From an uncultured Gammaproteobacteria bacterium (GTDB lineage Bacteria > Patescibacteriota > Microgenomatia > Levybacterales > UBA12049): 64,000 nt of DNA. Below, piece after piece: positions 37,128 through 47,523 of the stretch (positions are counted from its first letter, which is position 1; each line of letters opens with the position of its first letter). The stretch spans positions 194,604 through 258,603 of the forward strand of contig CAZCYO010000002.1 in NCBI GenBank assembly GCA_964503265.1, read 5' to 3'. Under the pieces are notes generated by a model that saw only the letters and a program-made list of their open reading frames with translations, was not told the origin of the DNA and searched no databases. Made by a program: the position numbers and the translations under genes.

Positions 37128-37748
37128 TTATTTGAAGATTTCCAGTGTGGAGAGTATTTTATCGACTTCTGATTGGAATCCTACACTCGCTGGATCATTG
37201 ACTGAGGTTGAGATGAGGACAGCAGTGTCTGAGCTACTATCTTTTTGGAAGACATAATTTTTCGATTCCCCGAGCCCACGTATTGTATAGGTGTATCCAG
37301 TATAGTTATTCAACTTCACTTCTTTTTTCGGTATCGTTATTTCAGATGTTCCATCAGCGGTACTTTCTGTTATATGCGTATCGACCCAGTCACTGAGGTT
37401 CTTTCTAGCAAGTGGTACCACTTCGAAGACGACGAGTACTCCGTCATACATTTCTGTCTGCCCCCTCTGTGTCGCGCCTATTTTATAGATACGGATATGT
37501 TTGGGATCTTTTGTATCGAGGATGAAATCTGCTGGATAAAGGAATGTATACGCTCCACTTGCTTCACGATAACTACTTCCCCCAGCTTTTAGTTCCCTCG
37601 TATCCACACTCGGCACGACCTCTGTCATTTTCTCAGTAGGAGTTACAACAGCGTTATTAGAAGGTAGATTACTTTTTTTAGTCAAAAGAAACACTGCGCC
37701 AATTCCGACGATAACGATAAGAAGAACTAACACCCCACTTTTTTTCAT
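37128..37748 (-). CDS. Exported or lipoprotein-like protein of unknown function
   Basis: N-terminal signal/TM MKKSGVLVLLIVIVGIGAVFLL; 206 aa. Confidence 0.45.
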   Translation of the reverse strand: MKKSGVLVLLIVIVGIGAVFLLTKKSNLPSNNAVVTPTEKMTEVVPSVDTRELKAGGSSYREASGAYTFLYPADFILDTKDPKHIRIYKIGATQRGQTEMYDGVLVVFEVVPLARKNLSDWVDTHITESTADGTSEITIPKKEVKLNNYTGYTYTIRGLGESKNYVFQKDSSSDTAVLISTSVNDPASVGFQSEVDKILSTLEIFK

Positions 37749-37806
37749 AACCCTCTTTCACTAGTAGTGTAAGCTATTGCACGAGAACATTCAAACTCAG
37801 CCGTGA

Positions 37807-38112
37807 CTAAATAACACCAGAAATAAGCAGCAGTAACACGAGTACCGTAAAAATCGCGAAGACACCCACAGTACGAGCAAATAGCCGGAGTGCTTCTTTT
37901 TTCTTTCCATCGATAAACAGTTGCAGTGGTTGATAAAAGAATAGATACGCCATGACGGTCACAGAGAGCGTGAGCAGTGATAAAAATACGAGTGGAGCAT
38001 ATGCAGTATCTGGTTTATTCATTTGCATCTGAGAGATGAAATTAATCACACTGACCACCAGAGCGATATATGAAGCAGCCCCGAGCGCATTAATAATAGG
38101 ATTCTTACTCAT
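37807..38112 (-). CDS. Small membrane protein
   Basis: 101 aa, 3 hydrophobic helices. Confidence 0.4.
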   Translation of the reverse strand: MSKNPIINALGAASYIALVVSVINFISQMQMNKPDTAYAPLVFLSLLTLSVTVMAYLFFYQPLQLFIDGKKKEALRLFARTVGVFAIFTVLVLLLLISGVI

Positions 38113-38156
38113 AAATATAGTATATCAAATGTAGATCATCTCTATGAAGAGTTCTC

Positions 38157-38804
38157 TTAGAACAATTCTTCTTCATTTGGTGTATGTGGCATCTCTGAAA
38201 CGATCATTTTATAATACACTTCCCGTGTGAGCACCACATCTTTCATACAATACGTCGCGATCTCCTCTATCCGTCCCTCCTGAAAATACTTCCACACATC
38301 TCCCCCATTCATTTCATCCTTTGACGTCTGAAGACCGAAGACTTTAGACAGCAGATCCAGTTTTACAGCCTTTCGACTATCTCCCCACAGATCCCATTCT
38401 TTCATCGTGTCATAAATCGGCACATTTCTGTACCGTGCGAACGAGATATCCATCCTCGGCATGACTCCCAGAATTCGTGACCGTTTATAGATAAATGGGA
38501 AATCGAACTCATATATATTATGCCCGACGAACTGATGCACTCCCTGTGCGATCTCCCAGAACTTCGTCAGCATGTCTTTTTCCTCACCCGTAAGCACTCC
38601 CTCCTCGATTACTCCCGCATCATTATCCTTTATATACCCGATAGCACAAACCCGCCCGAAAGCCCCATCAAAAGACATAGATTCATACAGCTCCCTTTCT
38701 TCTTTCTCCGCATTCCCATTCTTAGCCCGCATAATCTCCACGAATTTTTCGCGGTTATCTTCATCACAAGGAATTGTTTCAATATCAAAAAATAATCTGA
38801 TCAT
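38157..38804 (-). CDS. DEDD-family 3'-5' exonuclease (RNase H-like fold)
   Basis: Exo motifs FFDIETIP (Exo I), FVGHNIYEFDFPF (Exo II), YCMKDVV (Exo III, Y-x3-D). Confidence 0.7.
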   Translation of the reverse strand: MIRLFFDIETIPCDEDNREKFVEIMRAKNGNAEKEERELYESMSFDGAFGRVCAIGYIKDNDAGVIEEGVLTGEEKDMLTKFWEIAQGVHQFVGHNIYEFDFPFIYKRSRILGVMPRMDISFARYRNVPIYDTMKEWDLWGDSRKAVKLDLLSKVFGLQTSKDEMNGGDVWKYFQEGRIEEIATYCMKDVVLTREVYYKMIVSEMPHTPNEEELF

Positions 38805-38844
38805 ATAGTGACATTATAGTACACGGTAACTACTAATATTAATA

Positions 38845-38899
38845 TGTCATTCCGGTCTTGCTTGCCGGTCGTAGCATAGGCGAAGTCTGGATCCGGAAC
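38845..38899. repeat. Family palindrome (composite)
   Basis: tgtcattccggtcttgcttgccgg…tctggatccggaac. Confidence 0.55.
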
Positions 38900-39088
38900 C
38901 CAGCAACTAATTATCTTATCTATTGTTTTTTCTCTTTATTCTCGGTAGAATCTCCTCAGTTATGGCCGATAATCCCAGAAGAACTGAAGTAATAAGAAAT
39001 CCACATACAGGAAGCGTCGGGCCTCGCCCACAGCCAGATAGAGCTCCCGCACAACCAGCATCACAGCCGCCTGCCAACCCTAAACCAA

Positions 39089-39586
39089 ATGAGTCAAGCA
39101 AATAAGTACGAAGAAGCAAGAATTCGAAATAAAGAAGTCGGAGAACGCAGAGAAGAGCTCTGGATTACAGAAGCGAACAATCGTCTCATCGAACTATCTC
39201 GGCTATTTTTGACCGTAACCTTTCTGATTTTTACTCTTTCTTTTGCTCTTCTATCAGACAAATTACCTATTATACGAGATGAAACACTCAGAACGCTCCT
39301 GATACTGAGCTGGGTTTCAAATATCTTTTCACTGATCAGTGGGGTCATATTTATTATTTCCGAAATATTTTACTTTCTAAAGCTATCGCGAATATACGGG
39401 AAGTATGTGAGTGCGTGGAGTGAAATAGAGGGTGACTACGAGAAAATGTCAGAAAAAGCACATGACGCATTGAAAAATTTTTCAGAATCCTCATCACTTA
39501 TCCCACTAGTCCTCCAAATAGTGTTTGCCTCCATTTCTCTCTTCCTATTATTCTCTCTAGGTATAATCACCATTGTTACGAAATAG
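39089..39586 (+). CDS. Membrane protein of unknown function
   Basis: 165 aa, multiple TM helices. Confidence 0.4.
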   Translation: MSQANKYEEARIRNKEVGERREELWITEANNRLIELSRLFLTVTFLIFTLSFALLSDKLPIIRDETLRTLLILSWVSNIFSLISGVIFIISEIFYFLKLSRIYGKYVSAWSEIEGDYEKMSEKAHDALKNFSESSSLIPLVLQIVFASISLFLLFSLGIITIVTK

Positions 39587-39691
39587 AGATTTACTACGTA
39601 GTTTTTATGGGAAATTATTACGATTGTTCCACCTGATGGAATCTTTTAAAACCCATCATTGAAATACTCTCTGGGGAGATACGTAATGTAT

Positions 39692-40078
39692 CTAGAAGAA
39701 CCCTATGATAAGTCCCATTAGAGAAAGAAGAAGTATATTATACCCAGCATTTATGAAATACAGTTTCAACGGTCGATGTTCGAATAAATAATTACTTCCA
39801 AAGGCCATCGCCACCCAGCCAAACCCTGCTGCGAGACCTGCAAAAAGTCCAAAAAAAGGAGACTGACCAGGCCCAATAAATGCGGCGAGGTTCAAAGCCA
39901 TAACGAGAGTCAGCAAGTACGAACCTAAAGCGCGCTTAGGCATACCGTTTTTCATTTGGTTTTCACTAACTCCTGACAATTTTTGCCAAGATTTAGCAAA
40001 AAATACAGAATACCAAAGATACCCTAAGATAAGACCAGTGAAAGATGCAATAAAAGCTGCTAGAAAATTAATTTCCAT
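39692..40078 (-). CDS. DUF1761-like membrane protein (paralog of 36634..37047)
   Basis: 128 aa; see paralog. Confidence 0.5.
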   Translation of the reverse strand: MEINFLAAFIASFTGLILGYLWYSVFFAKSWQKLSGVSENQMKNGMPKRALGSYLLTLVMALNLAAFIGPGQSPFFGLFAGLAAGFGWVAMAFGSNYLFEHRPLKLYFINAGYNILLLSLMGLIIGFF

Positions 40079-40182
40079 ATCGACTATTATTGTAGCAAAT
40101 TAAAAAAAATTTATATATGTGAGATAAAATCTTGGCTGCACCTTATGGACTCGTTTAGAATCTATTTGGTATACTCATACTT

Positions 40183-40361
40183 ATGAATAATGCATTAAAA
40201 GATGGCGATACATGTAAAGTTATTGCTGGTACACATAAAGGAAAGACTGGTAAGGCAGTAGACATCAATACAAGTAAAACTGGAGTAATTACTATTACGG
40301 TCGTGCAAGGCAATGGGGAAAGATTTAAGACACTTGCCAAAAACGTTACTATTGTTCACTA
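40183..40361 (+). CDS. Small (59 aa) Tudor/KOW-like DUF2945-type protein, not in the ORF track (<60 aa)
   Basis: MNNALKDGDTCKVIAGTHKGKTGKAVDINTSKTGVITITVVQGNGERFKTLAKNVTIVH*; GD.V…H.GK.G.V pattern of small hypervirulence-associated TUDOR-domain proteins. Hairpin cttctgctctaccagaag + T-rich tract follows. Confidence 0.45.
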
Positions 40362-40393
40362 AAGACTTCTGCTCTACCAGAAGATAAATAAAT

Positions 40394-40696
40394 CTATCTT
40401 TTTATTTCTAGAACTAGAGTAACTTTTTCATCTGCAGATATTTTTTCGTTTTTTCTCACGTCTTTTTTTATGGGAAGCAGGTATCCTTTTGATTTTTTAT
40501 CAGGGAATATTGATGTTTCCCATATTGTTTTTCCGATGCGCGCTTTGACAGAGAGCGACCCCCATCCTCGTTTCAAATCTCCAAATTGGCGATTTATATC
40601 ATCTGATATTTCTTCAGGTATAGTTACAAAATGCCATCCTGCCATACCAGGGTACAACCAAACAACCGTATCTATTTTATATTCGTTATATTTCAC
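40394..40696 (-). CDS. DUF1905-domain protein
   Basis: 100 aa; …WLYPGMAGWHFVTIPEEISDDI…G…SLSVKARIGKTIWETSIFP… matches DUF1905. Confidence 0.55.
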   Translation of the reverse strand: MKYNEYKIDTVVWLYPGMAGWHFVTIPEEISDDINRQFGDLKRGWGSLSVKARIGKTIWETSIFPDKKSKGYLLPIKKDVRKNEKISADEKVTLVLEIKR

Positions 40697-40821
40697 AGAT
40701 GAGATGATTATAACAAAAGGTTCGAATATCTACCTTTGGGTAAAGAAAATTTTCTGTGAAATAGGCGTCTTTGGGGGTGAAACCGCAGACGCCTGGAAAT
40801 AGTGTTGAAAAAACGGTGAGA

Positions 40822-41199
40822 TTAGGCTGGGACTAGACTAGGGTTAGGTACGTGGTGTTTGCGCTGGACATCCGCCTGTTTTTGCTTGGGTTTACCCCGA
40901 AGTTTGTACAGAACGGCGATCTTGTAGATAGATGTTGGGTCGTCGACGACCATCAGTGCGACTACGTTAGCTGCGACGAGATCTAAGAGATAGATACTCA
41001 TCGCAAGTGGTGGTATGTTGATGTGACTTCGACTGAGATAGGATACTTCAGCGATTACCTCCTTCTTAGTCAGTGGACCATACTTCAGAGATGTGACGAT
41101 GAGATCGTTTACCTCCTCCTTCTCATGTCCACCGAGATGGACCATGATCATTCCCATAGCTTTCACGATGTGAACGATCAGCCACGTAAATAGATCCAT
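40822..41199 (-). CDS. Hypothetical protein, 125 aa
   Basis: Intact ORF, moderately GC-rich; no motif. Confidence 0.35.
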   Translation of the reverse strand: MDLFTWLIVHIVKAMGMIMVHLGGHEKEEVNDLIVTSLKYGPLTKKEVIAEVSYLSRSHINIPPLAMSIYLLDLVAANVVALMVVDDPTSIYKIAVLYKLRGKPKQKQADVQRKHHVPNPSLVPA

Positions 41200-41317
41200 A
41201 GCTCCCTCCTCCGTTTACTTCAATTGACAATGTGCGAGCGTCACGAGCCAGCAATGAGGCTAGCGATACTCTGGGGGAATTATACGAAGAGAAAATAGAA
41301 AAAGCAAAGTTGAAGAC

Positions 41318-42424
41318 TTATGTAATTATCTTCTCCCACGGAAACTCTTCTCTCCCGAAGTGGCCGTAGGAGGCGGTTTTTAGGTACAGGGGTTGGCGCA
41401 GATTCAGGCCAGTGAGGATTCCGGATACTGAGACGTCGAGTAACTCTTTTATAAATTCTTTGATCTCTGCATCACTCACAGTTCCAGTTCCGAATGTATC
41501 GATTTCCTGGGCTACTGGGTATTTCTCACCGATGCAGTAGGCTAGTTCTATTTCTATTTTCTCGGCCAAGCCTTTCGCGACGATGTTTTTAGCTAAATAT
41601 CTCGCAGCGTAGGCGCCAGATCTGTCGACTTTCGTCGGGTCTTTTCCTGAGAATGCGCCGCCTCCGACTCTGGCGAAACCGCCGTAGGAGTCCACGATGA
41701 TTTTTCTCCCTGTGAGACCAGTGTCACTCGCTGGGCCGCCGATATGCCAGACACCGGTACCATTCACGATGATGTCTTTCATGGCGATAGTGAAGCCATA
41801 TTCACTCAGGACTGGGACGACGACGGTTTCGTAGAGATCGTTTTTGACATTTGTGAGTTTCTTTTCTTCTGCGTGGGGTACTGCGAGGACGACTGATGGT
41901 ATCTTGACTGGTATATTATTTTTATACAGCACACTGACCTGGGTTTTCCCATCTGGACGAAGATACGGGAGGGTTTTTGAGGTACGGACGTGATCCATTT
42001 TTTCAGCCAGCTTATGTGCGAGGGTGATCGGCATTGGCATGTATTCAGTCGTGTCCAGACAGGCGAAGCCGAACATCATTCCCTGATCCCCTGCTCCCTC
42101 TGTGTCGACTCCTGTCGCGATTTCTGGGGATTGTTCATGAATGTAAATATTAATTGGTGATTCAAAGGTAAATCGAAATCGAGGATCTGTATAGTCGAGG
42201 TTTTTGATCGTATCCCGGGCGATCTTTTCGAAATTCACTTTCGCAGTCGTCGTCACTTCCCCTGCCAGGACAATTCTATTTTCTGTGACGAGAGTCTCCA
42301 CAGCCACACGGCCGTTGGGATCTTTTTTGAGAACAGCATCCAGAATTGCATCACTGACTTGGTCACAGATTTTATCGGGATGTCCTGCACAGACAGATTC
42401 AGAGGTAAATAAAAAGTCTTTCAT
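41318..42424 (-). CDS. metK: S-adenosylmethionine synthetase (bacterial MetK type)
   Basis: MKDFLFTSESVCAGHPDKICDQVSDAILDA…; GGGAFSGKDPTKVDRSGAYAARY; 368 aa. Confidence 0.95.
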   Translation of the reverse strand: MKDFLFTSESVCAGHPDKICDQVSDAILDAVLKKDPNGRVAVETLVTENRIVLAGEVTTTAKVNFEKIARDTIKNLDYTDPRFRFTFESPINIYIHEQSPEIATGVDTEGAGDQGMMFGFACLDTTEYMPMPITLAHKLAEKMDHVRTSKTLPYLRPDGKTQVSVLYKNNIPVKIPSVVLAVPHAEEKKLTNVKNDLYETVVVPVLSEYGFTIAMKDIIVNGTGVWHIGGPASDTGLTGRKIIVDSYGGFARVGGGAFSGKDPTKVDRSGAYAARYLAKNIVAKGLAEKIEIELAYCIGEKYPVAQEIDTFGTGTVSDAEIKEFIKELLDVSVSGILTGLNLRQPLYLKTASYGHFGREEFPWEKIIT

Positions 42425-42612
42425 AGTTTGTTAGGTAATAACCGCATTTCAGATCGATTTAGCACCCATACTAGTCAGGGTTGCCGGATAAGTAGTAACG
42501 AGTCGAAACTCTCCTTATCACTCAAAATGCTATAACCATTTAACCAGACCGAAACTACATTTACAATATCCTTTTTTGCTAAATCCCTATAGTTTTATGC
42601 TATAATCCCTAA

Positions 42613-43275
42613 ATGCGTGCCATTCATTTGCCAGAGAATAAATTTTTGAAGATTTTTGTCCTGTTTTGGGGACTGGCTCTGGGGATGTATGTTCTCCCCT
42701 TTATTCTCGGCGGATTTTTACTTTACTTCGTGTATAAGAATCTCGATAATCTCATCATTCGAAATTCGATCTTAGTCGCGATCGTACTTCCGACGCTCCT
42801 TTTCGGCTCGATTTGGGTAGCTGGGATTACACAGGGTATCACTTCCCCGACTCCAGCCACCGTCAGTACTCCGGCACCTACTATTCTCCCTAGCAGTACT
42901 CCCGTTCTAACGATTACTCCGACTACGACCGTAGTTCCAACAGCTACACCGAGCACGAAAGTAATCCTTTCCCCTACACCTGCTGTACAGTCAGTCAAAA
43001 AATCTATTCCGACACCGACCTATCATATAGTCATCCCAGATAAAGCGAAACTAACCCCGACTCCGATTCCGATCTATGATCCCCCAGCCTCGACATCGTC
43101 GAATAACTCAGTACCTATAACAAATAACCAATCTAGCGGATTTACCTGTAATTGCGCGAAAACATGTCCGAATATGATCTCCTGTGCCGAAGCACAATTC
43201 CAACTAAATTCGTGTGGATGCTCAGCTCGTGACTCAGATCACGACGGAGTCGCCTGCGACGCCCAGTGTCAGTAA
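42613..43275 (+). CDS. Membrane-anchored Thr/Pro-rich protein with C-terminal Excalibur Ca-binding domain
   Basis: N-terminal TM helices; T/P-rich linker; C-terminal …CNCAKTCPNMISCAEAQ…DSDHDGVACDAQC (Excalibur DxDxDGxxCE motif). Confidence 0.6.
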   Translation: MRAIHLPENKFLKIFVLFWGLALGMYVLPFILGGFLLYFVYKNLDNLIIRNSILVAIVLPTLLFGSIWVAGITQGITSPTPATVSTPAPTILPSSTPVLTITPTTTVVPTATPSTKVILSPTPAVQSVKKSIPTPTYHIVIPDKAKLTPTPIPIYDPPASTSSNNSVPITNNQSSGFTCNCAKTCPNMISCAEAQFQLNSCGCSARDSDHDGVACDAQCQ

Positions 43276-43349
43276 ACTCTGTGTAACTGGGGCACCTTTA
43301 TCGGTAATTATTCGTACTAAGTAATTCTCTTTTTGTTTAGAATAGATAT

Positions 43350-44873
43350 ATGACGGTGAAAAAGGGGTGGTTGTATGTGGGGATGTTTTTTCTGGCGTTT
43401 TTCGTCCAGATGATTGGGCTAAATCAAATCGGGCGGACGTGGGATGAACAGTATAAGGCAGATAATGGCTTTGTCGCGTTGGATAGGATGTTTGCCGGAG
43501 ATGTTTCACTTTCTTCGTGGAATGTCGGAACAGAACATCCGATGGTCGCTAAATATATCTACGGACTATTCCTTCGTCCAGAAGCGATTCCGATACGCGG
43601 AAAAGACGTCACGATCTCAGATGACGAGATTACGAGGATTAAAAATGGCACATATCTGCGGACGATTTTATGGGATAAAGAATACGCAGTTCCCTATGAT
43701 TTTACATTCCCACGAGTTATCTCTGCATTCGCACTCGCACTTGCTGTAGTACTTACTACAGTACTTGCTGGATTTGTGATCGAAAGTATGTGGTGGAGTA
43801 TGTTGCCTGGAGTATTTCTACTACTTACTCCTCGATTCGTCTATCTAGGTCAGCTGATGACATTTGAATCTCTCTCTGTCTTTTTCTTCTGCACGATTCT
43901 CCTTCTTTTTTCGAAATTATTTACAAACCCCGTCAAGCTTCGAAAATTCATCACACTTGGTATTCTCTGCGGACTTTTTTTCTGGACTCGGTATAATAAC
44001 ATCATTATTTTCCCCCTCCTGATAGGCTGGCTCGCTGTTCATTATTACTTTTTTAAAGATAAAAAAATCTTCGATCCTCGACTCCTTCTTATTCCCGTTA
44101 TCGCATTTTTCTTAGGCGTTCTGATCTGGCCACTGCTCTGGTATGAATTTCCGAAATACTTACTCCAAAGTTTCTCGTTTCATGAGCACCGGTTTGTGGG
44201 GATTTCACTGTACTACTGGAAATATTTCTTCATCACGACACCTATACCTGTACTTATTGGTGCATGTATCGGGATCTATTATTACGTGAAAGAACGAACG
44301 TATTGGAACATGAGTATGCTGTGGTTGATCATATGCATTGTAGGTATCTATAGCCTTCTCGTGATCGAAACAGGCGGAACGAGATATGTGATTATTCTCT
44401 ACCCCCTTCTGGCTATTACAGCCTCTTACGGATATTTTCGAATACTCAAGCATAAGTACGCTCTCATCCTTATCCCATTTGTAACCTATATGCTTATCGA
44501 ACAAATGCGTTTTTTCCCGTACTATTTAGATTATTATAATGTGTTTACAGGCGGTGCGACCGGTGCGATTCATCAGGGGTATGAATTTTCCTGGTGGGGA
44601 GAGGGACAGAGAGAGGCAAATGACTGGATCACGAAAAACGCTCCTGCTGGTTCCACAGTTGGCCTTATCACCTCCCCAAAATACGTTTTTCCCTCGATGC
44701 GGCGAGATCTAAAAAATAAAGAAAACGTCGATGAAAAGACAGACGCAGACTTCGTCGTTATCTCTCGGACCATGATCCCCAGCCTTTCAAAAACCTTCTT
44801 TAAAACCCACGAAGTAACCTACCGAGCATCGATAGATAATGAGTGGTTAGTTGAGGTCGTAAAGAAAAAATAA
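43350..44873 (+). CDS. GT-C glycosyltransferase of the PMT/ArnT (GT39/GT83) family
   Basis: 507 aa polytopic; first periplasmic loop carries …GRTWDEQY… (the DE motif of PMT/ArnT-type GT-C enzymes). Confidence 0.65.
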   Translation: MTVKKGWLYVGMFFLAFFVQMIGLNQIGRTWDEQYKADNGFVALDRMFAGDVSLSSWNVGTEHPMVAKYIYGLFLRPEAIPIRGKDVTISDDEITRIKNGTYLRTILWDKEYAVPYDFTFPRVISAFALALAVVLTTVLAGFVIESMWWSMLPGVFLLLTPRFVYLGQLMTFESLSVFFFCTILLLFSKLFTNPVKLRKFITLGILCGLFFWTRYNNIIIFPLLIGWLAVHYYFFKDKKIFDPRLLLIPVIAFFLGVLIWPLLWYEFPKYLLQSFSFHEHRFVGISLYYWKYFFITTPIPVLIGACIGIYYYVKERTYWNMSMLWLIICIVGIYSLLVIETGGTRYVIILYPLLAITASYGYFRILKHKYALILIPFVTYMLIEQMRFFPYYLDYYNVFTGGATGAIHQGYEFSWWGEGQREANDWITKNAPAGSTVGLITSPKYVFPSMRRDLKNKENVDEKTDADFVVISRTMIPSLSKTFFKTHEVTYRASIDNEWLVEVVKKK

Positions 44874-45147
44874 GTAGTTTTACCCTTTTAGTCCCATAAT
44901 GATCGACTTCAGGCATGGGTTTTGCTATACTCCATTCGTAATTTAGTAATCGAACATATTTGCTTGTTTCTTTACTACCTACACAATCTACTCTTTTGCA
45001 CATTTATAATTTGTCCCGATTACATCGGGAATTGCGGATACTAGTACGTGGATAGCACTCTGAACAGGAATAGTTCATGTGTAGGGTGCTATCCATGAGG
45101 ATAGTCAGTGAGTCCTCTGACACGATTCAGAGAGAAAGGATATTCCC

Positions 45148-45636
45148 ATGCCGATCGTTCCACTCGAACATTCAGGACAAGACTTCGCTGTTGACCCACG
45201 GGCCATCACGTTATTTGATCTCCAAGCCAGGCGCGAGGGAGATAAAGTGGTCATGGGTCACTATCTGTCCGATCCGAACGCGCCGTATCTCTTGAAACTC
45301 TTCCAGCTCGGACCAAACTACCTGGAAGCGGTCATTTCATCAATCCAGGACGATGAGCGAGCTGGGAAAGGTAATCTGACGAAACGAGTTATCGTAGATA
45401 ACCGCACGGCGATATTACTGTACCTCCAGGGGGCGCTTACACTTATCGATTTCAGCGATGTCCAACACCGGGAAATCGACCTGGGTAAGATTACCGGAAA
45501 TCCGGCAGTTCACGTCCCCACCCTGCTCTTGAGGCCGATCAAATGGGGCATCTACAGTTTCCCACTCTTGATCATCAGCGAGCGCTGGTTCGGTAACTTC
45601 CGCGCAACGCTCGATGAGAATGACGACGTCGTCTAG
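45148..45636 (+). CDS. Hypothetical protein (GC-rich), 162 aa
   Basis: RBS agaaaggatattcccatg; no motif. Confidence 0.45.
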   Translation: MPIVPLEHSGQDFAVDPRAITLFDLQARREGDKVVMGHYLSDPNAPYLLKLFQLGPNYLEAVISSIQDDERAGKGNLTKRVIVDNRTAILLYLQGALTLIDFSDVQHREIDLGKITGNPAVHVPTLLLRPIKWGIYSFPLLIISERWFGNFRATLDENDDVV

Positions 45637-45731
45637 ACTATCCTAACTACTCACACTCCGCGCAAAAGAGAAGCGCTTGGAAGAACGATAAATATTTTTT
45701 ATCAATCCTACAAGCGCTTTTTTTATGTCTC

Positions 45732-46121
45732 TTATTTATCATCGGCCGCATCATAAAATCGTGCAGGCTCTCTAGGAATAAGTGGTCGAATACTGGGAAG
45801 AGGCAACCCTTCTGGTACTTTCGCCCCAGGATATATCCTCCCTTGTTCTTCCATAATATCATCGAAATACAAATTAAATCCCAAAGCTAACGCATCAAAG
45901 GTCTCATGACAATTCCCTTCTCCAGCACAAAGTCCCACAGCATTGTTTCTCGATCGTATTTGCGCCCTACTCCATCCCAGACTATCAGCCTGAATTTCAG
46001 GTACGATATGGTGAATTTCTAAACATCCATCACTTCCGCAATATGCACAACAATTATTTTGTTGCATACGCACCTTTTCTCTGGTTTTCTGGGAGAAATT
46101 AACTCGTTTCTCCAATGACAT
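45732..46121 (-). CDS. Stand-alone HNH endonuclease-domain protein
   Basis: 129 aa; …CCAYCGSDGCLEIHHIVPEIQ…N…CAGEGNCHE… = CxxC…HH…N…CxxC/H HNH motif. Confidence 0.65.
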   Translation of the reverse strand: MSLEKRVNFSQKTREKVRMQQNNCCAYCGSDGCLEIHHIVPEIQADSLGWSRAQIRSRNNAVGLCAGEGNCHETFDALALGFNLYFDDIMEEQGRIYPGAKVPEGLPLPSIRPLIPREPARFYDAADDK

Positions 46122-46304
46122 TTAGCTCTTCACTCCTTTGCAAAAAGTAAGGATAAGAATTTTTAGGGGTGGCTGACACTGAGGGGTTGTTAAAGAAGAA
46201 ACACTATACGTATAGAATCGTTTTTGTTCTATCATCAGCTATCTGTAATTAGTATAGATAATTATTGTTTAAAAATATAGGAGTCGGCCTGGTATAATCT
46301 AGAT

Positions 46305-47147
46305 ATGAATAAAGTAAAAAAGATTGCAAAGAAAAAAAATGGTTCATTCCTGGGACTATATAAAACACAATGGATAATTCTCATAGGTGGCGTCAGTATC
46401 ATCTGTGTATTACGTTTTATTTCAGTAAAACTCCATGAAAGAGATGTTAATTCCTATGGCTATAATTCTACTTCTATTCCCCCTCTCACTCGAGTATCTC
46501 CAAGACCGACTGAAATTATAGAACCCGACGCAGCAGAAGTAAAACAATCATCAGCAAGTGTGACTCCTAGCGGTTGCGAAAAAATATATAATAGTACTTA
46601 TGCTGACCTTTCATTTCCATATAATAGCTGCGCATGGACGATAAATGAAATACAAGAAAATGCAGATAGTGAATCAGCACCAGACACTATTATCGCGACT
46701 CATTCGATTTCCCAAGCGGAAGCCATTATTGATTTTGTCCCAACAGGTTTTGATGGCGGCTTCCCTTTTTGTCGGAATATCAACTCAGCAACGATAATCA
46801 CCAGCGATATAATTCGAGTAAATATCAAGCCTACAAATCCTTATCAGACCAATAACTTGATTAGATATCTCACCTCAAAACATAACGTGGGTATCAAGGG
46901 ATATAGCGGACCAAACGGTCAAAGTAAGTTTGCAGAATTTTCATTTCTTAATAAACAAGACTACCTTCCTTATAACATCTGTTTTAATGATGGAGGTATG
47001 GTACCTATTCCGATGATTGATTTCTCTCAAAAAGTTGATGTCCGCATGAGTCTTCCTTTTATCGAGGAATCGGCTAGCTCTAAAATGTATTTTTCAGATG
47101 CAGACACACTTGCTAGAGATGTTTACTCTGTAGCATTACACAAATAA
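46305..47147 (+). CDS. Secreted or signal-anchored protein of unknown function
   Basis: 280 aa; N-terminal TM after a Lys-rich leader. Confidence 0.45.
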   Translation: MNKVKKIAKKKNGSFLGLYKTQWIILIGGVSIICVLRFISVKLHERDVNSYGYNSTSIPPLTRVSPRPTEIIEPDAAEVKQSSASVTPSGCEKIYNSTYADLSFPYNSCAWTINEIQENADSESAPDTIIATHSISQAEAIIDFVPTGFDGGFPFCRNINSATIITSDIIRVNIKPTNPYQTNNLIRYLTSKHNVGIKGYSGPNGQSKFAEFSFLNKQDYLPYNICFNDGGMVPIPMIDFSQKVDVRMSLPFIEESASSKMYFSDADTLARDVYSVALHK

Positions 47148-47177
47148 TTTTTTTGTACATGTTGCTATACTTTCTTT

Positions 47178-47411
47178 ATGGTCATCTATCAGAAGCCAAA
47201 TAAAGAGCTTATGTTTGCTGGATCTGGATTTCTTGTATCTCTTATAACCCACGGTATACTTCACTTCTGTGCACTCATCGTATTTACACTTTTTGGACTT
47301 ATTTGGGCGTATGAAGAAATCACCTCGGGGGTCAACTGGTTTCGTCGCATGCTTGGAGTACTAGCACTACTGTTTATTCTGTTTTATCTCTATCATCAGT
47401 TCCGCTCATAA
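47178..47411 (+). CDS. Small 2-TM membrane protein
   Basis: 77 aa hydrophobic ORF. Confidence 0.35.
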   Translation: MVIYQKPNKELMFAGSGFLVSLITHGILHFCALIVFTLFGLIWAYEEITSGVNWFRRMLGVLALLFILFYLYHQFRS

Positions 47412-47523
47412 GTGATCTATACGAAAAGCTCCGCTGCCAAAACCAAAGTGGTCTGACAGCGGAGCGAGAAACGAAAAAAGAAGACAAGTCCTCCACAGAA
47501 TGTGCTTGCGCACAAATTCTGGT

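Noticed and set aside
38923-39105. 60-aa ORF MFFLFIL…/MADNPRR… upstream of 39089
   Set aside because: Pro/Ala-rich low-complexity product; could be a real small protein but evidence is insufficient; left unannotated.
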